Below, piece by piece: positions 17,321 to 24,000 of a stretch of DNA of 24,000 bases; position 1 is the first letter of the stretch; the number at the start of each line of letters is the position of its first letter. Source of the stretch: Thermoanaerobacterales bacterium (lineage in GTDB: Bacteria; Bacillota; Thermosediminibacteria; Koleobacterales; Koleobacteraceae); assembly GCA_012839065.1 (NCBI GenBank), contig DUOC01000009.1:3923-27922 (forward strand), in the 5' to 3' direction. The position numbers and the translations under genes are program-made. Under the pieces are notes generated by a model. That model was not told where the DNA came from and searched no databases. It worked only from the letters and a program-made list of their open reading frames with translations.

Positions 17321-17332
17321 TGCTTATAATTG

Positions 17333-17719
17333 CTATCTCGATTTAATTTCTTCTTTGTTGGGCTCATGTTGAAAATTTACTCCTTGAACATGAATATTTA
17401 CTTCTACCACTTCAAGCCCTGTCATATTTTCTATTGCCTGTTTAACGTTTTCTTGGATATTCCATGCTACTTCAGGTATTCTTTCACCATATTCTACAAT
17501 CACATAAAGATCAACAGATGTCTCCTTTTCACCTACTTCAACCTTAACACCTTTTGATAGATTCTTTCTACCCAGCATCTCTACAATCCCGCCGGTTACT
17601 CCCCCACTCATACCTGCTACCCCTTTAACTTCGGTAGCTGCTATACCGGCTATTATGCTTACTACTTCATCAGCTATTTTAATAGTACCTTTATTATCAT
17701 GATTATTAGATAACTCCAT
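17333..17719 (-). CDS. asp23: Asp23/Gls24-family envelope stress (alkaline shock) protein
   Basis: 128 aa. GTIKIADEVVSIIAGIAATEVKGVAGM is the hallmark Asp23 N-terminus. GGAGGTG lies 6 nt before the ATG. Confidence 0.92.
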   Translation of the reverse strand: MELSNNHDNKGTIKIADEVVSIIAGIAATEVKGVAGMSGGVTGGIVEMLGRKNLSKGVKVEVGEKETSVDLYVIVEYGERIPEVAWNIQENVKQAIENMTGLEVVEVNIHVQGVNFQHEPNKEEIKSR

Positions 17720-17753
17720 TCATACCACCTCCAAATTTTCTCTCTGATTTTTA

Positions 17754-17782
17754 ATTATACCAGATGAAGGTTTTTATTACAA
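17754..17782 (-). promoter_or_regulatory. sigma-A-type promoter for the asp23 operon
   Basis: On the minus strand, TTGTAA (17782..17777), a 17-nt spacer, then TGgTATAAT (TATAAT at 17759..17754). It lies about 35 nt upstream of the asp23 ATG. Confidence 0.6.
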
Positions 17783-17805
17783 TTAGATTAAACCTATATT
17801 ATATA

Positions 17806-18336
17806 TTAATTATGCTCAGTAATCGTAATTTTATCTAGCGATAAATTTGTACTCTTTGAAACAATATCACATATTTGTGCAACTTGTTTATCATCTAAAC
17901 TTTTTGTTTTAACTATCACAGAAGCGAAATCATCCGATAAAACAATTATTGAATCATCATATCCTTTTCCTTTTATCATATTCTCAATGATTAATTCTTT
18001 TTCTATACTGCGGATAATCTTTTGTAAGTTTTTCTGTGCTTCGTAACGCATATCTTTATCAGAGTTTGGATCGTGTATTATTTCCTTTAAGATCTCCATC
18101 TCTTTGCTCCTTAACCTGTCCCGTTTTAGTTTATATTCGATAAAAAAATCGTAACTTTTTTCATTTGTATAATTTTGATCATTTTCTAAAACTAAATTTA
18201 GTTGATCTAAAATCTCTTTTTCCTGAAGGGTTATATCTTGAAATGTTGTCTGATCTTGATTCAAATAAAAGTAAACAGTTACGGCTAAAATACCTATCAA
18301 AACAAATATTATAACGGTACGTTTTCTAATAACCAT
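17806..18336 (-). CDS. spoIIIAH: stage III sporulation protein AH
   Basis: 176 aa with an N-terminal TM anchor and a polar extracytoplasmic domain. It is the last gene of a complete spoIIIA operon. The assignment is mainly positional, with only weak sequence recall. Confidence 0.85.
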   Translation of the reverse strand: MVIRKRTVIIFVLIGILAVTVYFYLNQDQTTFQDITLQEKEILDQLNLVLENDQNYTNEKSYDFFIEYKLKRDRLRSKEMEILKEIIHDPNSDKDMRYEAQKNLQKIIRSIEKELIIENMIKGKGYDDSIIVLSDDFASVIVKTKSLDDKQVAQICDIVSKSTNLSLDKITITEHN

Positions 18337-18350
18337 TATTCCACCCCTCT

Positions 18351-18962
18351 TTATTTCATAGGTAAAACTTTTATTTTATAAGCAGGAATATTCAAAACAG
18401 TTTCAGCAGCATTTGTAAGCATCTCCTTAACAATTGAATTATCTGCTCCTTCTGCTATAATAATAACTCCTTCAATCTGAGGGCTAATTTTCCTTATAAC
18501 CACAGGTTTTTCATGGCCACTTTGCTCCCTAATTACAACTACCTGTTTGCTTGTGATAAGTTCTGTAACATACCTAATACCGCCTTGTGTATCTTCTTCT
18601 TCCGTAGTTTTTTTTGTCTCTTGTATATTATAAGCAGGCTCGATTTCTTCTGTCGATTTAAGCGTTAACATTACTTCTACTTTTCCTGCACCATTGATAT
18701 GGTTTAAAATTTCTTTCAATTGTCGTTCAATTATAGCTTTTGTTTCTTCTTTATAAATTGTATCAGACATATTTTCTGCTGTATTAATATGCAATCCCTC
18801 ATTTTTTTCTTTTTTAGGATTGCTAAGAAAAAAGCTGCTTGAAAGTAGTATAATTATACCAATAAGTAAATATGTGAAAATTTTGTTAATATTTTTCCCT
18901 TGCGAACTGCTTATTTTTTTAATAAAATCACTATATTTTCTTAACAGGCTCATATTATTCAT
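18351..18962 (-). CDS. spoIIIAG: stage III sporulation protein AG (ring-forming)
   Basis: 203 aa with an N-terminal TM helix. The C-terminal ring-building region is VEVMLTL...PQIEGVIIIAEGADNSIVKEML...KIKVLPMK. The ORF overlaps spoIIIAF by 8 nt. Confidence 0.9.
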   Translation of the reverse strand: MNNMSLLRKYSDFIKKISSSQGKNINKIFTYLLIGIIILLSSSFFLSNPKKEKNEGLHINTAENMSDTIYKEETKAIIERQLKEILNHINGAGKVEVMLTLKSTEEIEPAYNIQETKKTTEEEDTQGGIRYVTELITSKQVVVIREQSGHEKPVVIRKISPQIEGVIIIAEGADNSIVKEMLTNAAETVLNIPAYKIKVLPMK

Positions 18963-19590
18963 CCTTTCTTACTTCAATATATATCATTTCTTGAGAAATA
19001 TTATAGTTTTCAGACAAAATATTTTTTATCTTTTCTGATAGTTCACTAGTAACAATTTGTTTTTTGTCGTAAGCTTGTGTTGACGAGTTAACTTTAATTT
19101 CTATAGGTTTAATTTGAGATGCTTTTTCATCAGTTTTATTTTGAGATTCTAGAATTATATCTATCTTCTTTGGTTTACCAAATGTTTCTTCTTCTACGTC
19201 ATCAAATACCTCAACATTTACAGATACTTGAGTGTCTTTAGATTCAATGATATCCAATAAATGGTTTTCGATCTGATGAGCCAATGCAGATTTATAACGA
19301 GTTAATGCTTGTTCGCTATATTTTTTCTGCATTTCCCTTCCTGTAGTAATTATTTCTTGTATCTCTATATCTTTTCTTATTTCTAATATTTTTTCATTGA
19401 AATCATTAAAGTTAAAATCATATTTAAAAATTGTTAGAAAAGGCGTTATAATTGTCAGTATTACAAGGAATCCCATTACTACTTTTATATATCTTTTTAG
19501 ATCGCTACTAGGCATAAACATTTCTAATATAAATGAAAAGAATATTAAGAGTATTATATTCCTAATCCAGTCCCCTATTATTTGATACAA
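18955..19590 (-). CDS. spoIIIAF: stage III sporulation protein AF
   Basis: 211 aa with two N-terminal TM helices. TTG start with GGAAGGGGTGA upstream. Assigned by its position between AE and AG. Confidence 0.85.
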   Translation of the reverse strand: MYQIIGDWIRNIILLIFFSFILEMFMPSSDLKRYIKVVMGFLVILTIITPFLTIFKYDFNFNDFNEKILEIRKDIEIQEIITTGREMQKKYSEQALTRYKSALAHQIENHLLDIIESKDTQVSVNVEVFDDVEEETFGKPKKIDIILESQNKTDEKASQIKPIEIKVNSSTQAYDKKQIVTSELSEKIKNILSENYNISQEMIYIEVRKDE

Positions 19591-19604
19591 TTAATCACCC
19601 CTTC

Positions 19605-20786
19605 CTAACGCATCATTACTATCATATTTCCTGCCCCTACTATAATGGTTATTACTATAAATAACATCATTGCAACTGAAGCAACACAAACAAATATTAA
19701 AGTTAGGGAGTTTCCTATATCATTTAAACAACTTACAACCTTGTTTTCGCCAAGTGGTTCAACTATAGCACTTGTTATTTTAAATATAAATATTAAAGAA
19801 ATCATTTTAATCATTGGGGAGATACAGATTATAAAAATAATTATAGTTCCAAATAGCCCTATAGCGCTCTTTAATAGGATTGAGCAACCAACTATTGTAT
19901 CAAGAGCATCAACAAATATACCGCCGACTATTGGAAAAAAATTTTTTGTTGCAAACTTGACAGTTCTTATTGATATCCCATCTGCAATTGCTGCCCCTGC
20001 TCCTTGAATTATCACTGCGCCAAGAAAAATACTAAGAAAAATCCCTAATAATCCTATACATATTTCTTTTAACAAACTGGACATACGTGTAACCTTTAAT
20101 GTATCTGTTATGTTATTTACAATTTGAAGAACAGCTGATAAAAAAACTAATGGTAGAACAGCATCCTTAATAAGTGTACCAACACCGCTTACAGTCATAA
20201 GTACAAAAGGATGCAAAATTGCTGCTGAAGTGTATCCTCCACTGGCAACAAGAAGACTTAATAATATTGGTAAAACAGAATGCAAAAAATCAACCATGGT
20301 ATTTATAGTTTCTCTCCCCAAATTTAGTGCAATTGTAAAACTATTAATTATTATCCCGATTAAAATTAAGTAACAAATGCCGTATGCCAGCTTACTCACA
20401 TTATCTCGTTGAAAGGCAGACTGAATATTCTGTAATAGAGCCAATATAACACACAAAATTATCAACTGCCCAAGTATTTGAAAATTAACTATGACTTCTT
20501 TAAAAAAATAGCGAATTATACCTTTCAATAATGAATTAAAAGAGTAATCGAAGTTTCCGCTTTTTATAAAAGTAAACAAATTGTTAATTGTTAGTTCGGG
20601 AATATATTCATATATATCTTTATTCATAGATTTTAGCATTTCTTCTATTGGACTGATGTCTAATTCTTTAAGCTGTTCATCAAGGAGTCCATTTTCACCT
20701 ACCTCATCTAACGCATATGCTTGAGCAGGTACTAAAAAAAGCATGAATAAAAAAACTATAATTATTATCTCATTCTTGTTTCCCAT
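19605..20786 (-). CDS. spoIIIAE: stage III sporulation protein AE (polytopic membrane protein)
   Basis: 393 aa with a signal-like N-terminus (FLVPAQAYA) and multiple TM helices. Size and position are typical of SpoIIIAE. Confidence 0.92.
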   Translation of the reverse strand: MGNKNEIIIIVFLFMLFLVPAQAYALDEVGENGLLDEQLKELDISPIEEMLKSMNKDIYEYIPELTINNLFTFIKSGNFDYSFNSLLKGIIRYFFKEVIVNFQILGQLIILCVILALLQNIQSAFQRDNVSKLAYGICYLILIGIIINSFTIALNLGRETINTMVDFLHSVLPILLSLLVASGGYTSAAILHPFVLMTVSGVGTLIKDAVLPLVFLSAVLQIVNNITDTLKVTRMSSLLKEICIGLLGIFLSIFLGAVIIQGAGAAIADGISIRTVKFATKNFFPIVGGIFVDALDTIVGCSILLKSAIGLFGTIIIFIICISPMIKMISLIFIFKITSAIVEPLGENKVVSCLNDIGNSLTLIFVCVASVAMMLFIVITIIVGAGNMIVMMR

Positions 20787-20800
20787 TTTTTATCACCTAT

Positions 20801-21187
20801 TTAAGGTACTATCTTTAAAATCATTTCAAGCAAAGCAATAATTATTGGAATAGATAAAACCATTATGACAATTTTACCGGCAAACTCTATTTTTGAGGCA
20901 ATTGATTCTGATCCTGAATCATGGCAAATCTGTGCTCCAAATTCTGTAATATATGCTATGCCGATTATTCGAAGTATAGTTGAAAAATATACGAGATCTA
21001 TATTTGCTCTTCTTGACAAACTTTCTAATATCGATATTACAGACAGTATCTTGTTTATCATTATAATAAATATCATAATGCCTACAATTATTGAAACTTG
21101 TACAGCTATTTCTGGACGTTCTTCTTTTAGGATGACAACTAAAATTGCAGCTACTACCCCTATGCCTACTATGTTTAAAATTTCCAA
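20801..21187 (-). CDS. spoIIIAD: stage III sporulation protein AD
   Basis: 128 aa, four TM segments. TTG start with AGAGGTG 7 nt upstream. Confidence 0.9.
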   Translation of the reverse strand: MEILNIVGIGVVAAILVVILKEERPEIAVQVSIIVGIMIFIIMINKILSVISILESLSRRANIDLVYFSTILRIIGIAYITEFGAQICHDSGSESIASKIEFAGKIVIMVLSIPIIIALLEMILKIVP

Positions 21188-21203
21188 TTAATAACACCTC
21201 TTG

Positions 21204-21401
21204 TCAATAAAAATTAAACATAGTTTTTACACTGTCAAAAAGTTTACCAATCAATTGTATGACTACTAAAAGTACAATAACTACACCAACAAGAGTGATC
21301 ATTTGTGCTTGTTCTTCCCTGCCTGATTGAATTAGCACTTTGTTAAGAATAGAAATAAGTATTCCTAACCCGGCTATTTTAAATATAAGATCTACATCCA
21401 T
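21204..21401 (-). CDS. spoIIIAC: stage III sporulation protein AC
   Basis: The track ORF (89 aa, start 21473) overlaps spoIIIAB by 55 nt. The internal ATG at 21401 has AAAGGAGCC upstream and gives a 65-aa two-TM protein (MDVDLIFKIAGLGILISILNKVL...), the usual SpoIIIAC size. Confidence 0.9.
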   Translation of the reverse strand: MDVDLIFKIAGLGILISILNKVLIQSGREEQAQMITLVGVVIVLLVVIQLIGKLFDSVKTMFNFY

Positions 21402-21418
21402 AACAATGGCTCCTTTCT

Positions 21419-21940
21419 TTAAAATATTATCAGAACAATAGATATCCCAGTTAGAACTCCTATATATCTCCATATTTTCTCGTTTTTCCTCCGAATTTCT
21501 TCCGCTTCTTCTTCTTGTTTTTTTAATTCTGATAATGTAAATTTTATTTTTTTTAATTGGTTTTCTTTATCTGTCTCACCTAAGTAATGTCCTAATGATA
21601 GCAATATTTTTTTATCGCTTGTATTAAGGGCAGAATTTTTATAGTATTTATTTACGGCTTTTTCCCAACATTCACCTGCAGTATAGCCTTGCTGCTTATC
21701 CAAAATATCAGCGGTCATCTTAAACAACAGATTGATTTTTTTGTCGCATTTTTCTGATATGGTCTTTAAAGCTTCCGGTAGAGGTGTTGATAAATACAGT
21801 ATTTCAGTTTCCAGCATCTGAAGGGACATCTGTAAACTTTTAAGTTGTTTTGGCCTGTCTCTGTAATAATCAGCAATTAAGAAACCAATATATGAAGAAG
21901 AGCTAATAACAATTATTACTCCTATAATTTTGAAAAGCAT
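21419..21940 (-). CDS. spoIIIAB: stage III sporulation protein AB
   Basis: 173 aa with TM helices at the N- and C-termini and a helical cytoplasmic domain. It is the second gene of the operon. Confidence 0.88.
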   Translation of the reverse strand: MLFKIIGVIIVISSSSYIGFLIADYYRDRPKQLKSLQMSLQMLETEILYLSTPLPEALKTISEKCDKKINLLFKMTADILDKQQGYTAGECWEKAVNKYYKNSALNTSDKKILLSLGHYLGETDKENQLKKIKFTLSELKKQEEEAEEIRRKNEKIWRYIGVLTGISIVLIIF

Positions 21941-21953
21941 TTAAAAACCCCCT

Positions 21954-22979
21954 TTACCGCAATATATTTAAATTTTTACCATTTATTACTTGTTCAATGG
22001 TTCCCGGACCATTATTACGACTTAAAAAGATTATTACTTCAAAGAATTTTTTAGCTAAAATATTTCTTATCACCGGTCTTTCCTGAATATCTTTGATATT
22101 TGATCCATGTACAGTTGTAATAATACTCACCCCCGCATTAATTGCTTCTTCAATCGCTAATGCGTCATCATTTTTACCTATTTCATCTGTAGCAATAACA
22201 TTAGGAGCCATTGAACGAAGTAAAATAATTATTCCTTCCCCTTTGGGACATGAATCTAATATATCTGTCCTAATCCCAAGATTATTTTTACAGATTCCAT
22301 TATAGATGCCTGCCAATTCCGAACGCTCATCTACCACACCTATATTTACTCCTTTAAACCCCTTGGAGGGTATACCATTACTTAATTGTCTTATTATATC
22401 TCTTAACATTGTAGTTTTACCGCAATTTGGAGGAGAAACTATCAATGTATTAAAAACCCTTCCTGTTATTGGGTCAATAATGTGCTTAATTACTTTGTTA
22501 GCTGCCCCTATTACTTCTCTGCTTATACGTATATTTAAACTTGTAATATCTTTTATTGTTTTGATTGATCCTTGTTCTAATACTGCTTTTCCTGTAAAAC
22601 CGACCCTGTGCCCTCCCTTAATTGTAATATAACCGCTTCTCATCTCTTCTTCTAATGCGTACAGTGAGCTGGCTGAAATAAGTGTTAAGGTTTTCTGTAT
22701 ATCTTCTTTAGTCACTATGTACCCCTTGTCGGGTATTGATGTAACCTTCCCATTTGGTTCAACAAAATAATCAAATTGGTTTCCTGCAATAATTAATGGT
22801 CTATTTGCTCTTAATCTTATTTCTTCAAGTATTTCTAAAATATCTGTTTTTACAAATTTTAGTATATTTCTTATGTTAAGAGACAAAAACGGAAATATCT
22901 CAGTATCAAATAGCTCGTATATTTGATATCTTTGACTAGAAGAAACTTTTGAGTTATGCTCGTCTTTAATTATTTTCAA
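21954..22979 (-). CDS. spoIIIAA: stage III sporulation protein AA (secretion-type AAA+ ATPase)
   Basis: Walker A is SPPNCGKTT and Walker B is VIATDEIG. The track start is GTG 22997. The GGAGG at 22991..22987 lies 7 nt before TTG 22979, which I prefer as the start. Confidence 0.92.
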   Translation of the reverse strand: MKIIKDEHNSKVSSSQRYQIYELFDTEIFPFLSLNIRNILKFVKTDILEILEEIRLRANRPLIIAGNQFDYFVEPNGKVTSIPDKGYIVTKEDIQKTLTLISASSLYALEEEMRSGYITIKGGHRVGFTGKAVLEQGSIKTIKDITSLNIRISREVIGAANKVIKHIIDPITGRVFNTLIVSPPNCGKTTMLRDIIRQLSNGIPSKGFKGVNIGVVDERSELAGIYNGICKNNLGIRTDILDSCPKGEGIIILLRSMAPNVIATDEIGKNDDALAIEEAINAGVSIITTVHGSNIKDIQERPVIRNILAKKFFEVIIFLSRNNGPGTIEQVINGKNLNILR

Positions 22980-23052
22980 TCCTTGTCCTCCTCTCACTAA
23001 TATAATAATTATTTCGCAAAATAAATATTATGACTGAAATAATTTAACAATT

Positions 23053-23086
23053 AAAAAAACACCGTTTTTGTTAACGGTGTTTTTTT
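23053..23086 (-). terminator. strong rho-independent terminator between the zinc-ribbon gene and spoIIIAA (bidirectional architecture)
   Basis: An 8-bp stem ACACCGTT / AACGGTGT with a 6-nt loop, flanked by an A-run on one side and a T-run on the other. Confidence 0.8.
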
Positions 23087-23098
23087 AAATATTACTTA

Positions 23099-23461
23099 TT
23101 ATAATTCTTCATCATCGACAAAATCAATCTTGTTATGACAATTCGGGCAGAAGATCTCTTCATCCATCAAAGACTCATCTAAATATACTGTTTCATTGCA
23201 ATTTGGGCATTGGAATTCAAAGAAATCCGTTTCATCTTCATCCGTTTCATAGTAATCAGTTTCTAAATCTTCAAGGTCTGTATCTATAGCTCCCAAGTAT
23301 TCTTCCAGTTCATTATATAACTCATCTAATTCTTGTACGGCTTCGGCAAAATCTTGAAGCACATCAATAATGTTGTTCAATAATTTTGCTTCTTTACTTT
23401 CTTCCAAATTTAATCCTTCTGCCAACCCTACTAAATATGCAACCTTCTCTTTTAAATTCAA
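23099..23461 (-). CDS. highly acidic small protein with a C-terminal CxxC...CxxC zinc ribbon; function unknown
   Basis: 120 aa. TTG start with GGAGGT 7 nt upstream. The sequence includes CPNCNETVYL...FCPNCHNKI and a long D/E-rich helical region. It is followed by a strong terminator. Confidence 0.6.
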   Translation of the reverse strand: MNLKEKVAYLVGLAEGLNLEESKEAKLLNNIIDVLQDFAEAVQELDELYNELEEYLGAIDTDLEDLETDYYETDEDETDFFEFQCPNCNETVYLDESLMDEEIFCPNCHNKIDFVDDEEL

Positions 23462-23502
23462 GGTTTTTACCTCCTTTTATTTAATATATATTTATTATGC
23501 TG

Positions 23503-24000
23503 CTAGACCCTACTTATATACTCACCTACACGAGTATCTATTTTTAGTATATCTCCTGTTTCTATAAATAAAGGTACCTGGATGACAGCACCTGTCTCGA
23601 GTTTTGCCGGCTTTGTACCTCCTGTAGCGGTATCACCTTTAAATCCTGGCTCTGTTTCGACTACTTCGAGCTCTACAAACGTCGGTAGTTCTATTCCTAT
23701 TATCGAACCTTCGAAAAAAAGTACTGTAACAATCATATTCTCTTTTAGAAACTGAATAGAGTCTCCAAGATTTTCTTCATGTAAAGGTATTTGCTCATAA
23801 GTTTCAGTATCCATGAAGTAAAACAATCCTCCACTACTATATAAAAACTGCATTTCTTTTCTATCTACATGGGCTTTTGGGACCTTTTCACCTGCTCTAA
23901 AAGTTTTTTCGATTATGCTGCCTGATTTAATATTTTTTAATTTGCTCCTGACAAAAGCCGCCCCTTTCCCGGGTTTTACATGCTGAAAATCAACAATAAT
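23503..24000 (-). CDS. efp: translation elongation factor P (the N-terminus runs off the right edge)
   Basis: The track shows only the 116 aa after an internal Met. Upstream, the frame stays open to 24000 and reads [54 protein letters not shown]..., which is classic EF-P including the KPGKG loop. Confidence 0.96.
   Translation of the reverse strand: MIVDFQHVKPGKGAAFVRSKLKNIKSGSIIEKTFRAGEKVPKAHVDRKEMQFLYSSGGLFYFMDTETYEQIPLHEENLGDSIQFLKENMIVTVLFFEGSIIGIELPTFVELEVVETEPGFKGDTATGGTKPAKLETGAVIQVPLFIETGDILKIDTRVGEYISRV

Noticed and set aside
15981-17805. Absence of folD (between nusB and xseA) and of accB/accC (after spoIIIAH) relative to Bacillus subtilis gene order
   Set aside because: This arrangement is, to my knowledge, common in Clostridia. 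There is no scar, spacer or fragment at either junction, so it is ordinary lineage-specific synteny and not a deletion event.
20919-21197. A 92-aa minus-strand ORF overlapping spoIIIAD in another frame
   Set aside because: It is entirely nested in the well-supported spoIIIAD gene. Its composition is basic and Cys/Arg/Ser-rich, as expected for an off-frame translation, and it has no SD.
22998-23052. An expected sigma-E promoter upstream of spoIIIAA
   Set aside because: The region (TCATAATATT...TATATTAGT) has an ATATT-like -35 element. I could not align a convincing CATACAnT -10 at the proper spacing, so no promoter is called.
1-24000. A scan for CRISPR arrays, tandem repeats, IS elements with inverted repeats, tRNA or rRNA genes
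   Set aside because: Reading both strands by eye I saw none. The only mobile-element trace is the short integrase fragment at 3391-3495.

Overview
The window is a single co-directional gene train. Every supportable gene is on the minus strand, and the plus-strand ORFs in the track look like antisense shadows of this AT-rich sequence. The content and order are typical of an endospore-forming Firmicute, probably Clostridia-like. Reading in the direction of transcription (right to left): efp (partial), acidic zinc-ribbon protein, spoIIIAA-AB-AC-AD-AE-AF-AG-AH, asp23/amaP/DUF2273 envelope-stress trio, nusB, xseA, xseB, ispA, DUF212/PAP2-like membrane protein, a ~600-nt GC-rich noncoding region, a small ~4-TM membrane protein with a TTG start, dxs, tlyA, nadK, argR, recN, spoIVB, spo0A, a short tyrosine-recombinase N-terminal remnant, steA-like, mctB/steB-like, and a sigma-54 activator with tandem PAS domains (partial). 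The stand-out element is 12530-13140 (minus). It has no credible ORF and its G+C content is sharply higher than the flanks. A perfect 11-bp long-range helix closes it, several clean hairpins lie inside it, and a good sigma-A promoter sits in front of it. It lies exactly where OLE (ornate, large, extremophilic) RNA is known to lie, between ispA and its partner membrane protein OapA followed by dxs. I call it an OLE RNA / OapA ribonucleoprotein locus on the basis of structure and synteny. I cannot run a covariance-model search, so this call is unconfirmed. Secondary observations are a sigma-H-type promoter overlapping a 0A box upstream of spo0A, an integrase remnant downstream of spo0A, several over-extended ORF starts, and a few terminators and promoters. 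No CRISPR array, rRNA, tRNA or intact mobile element was seen.
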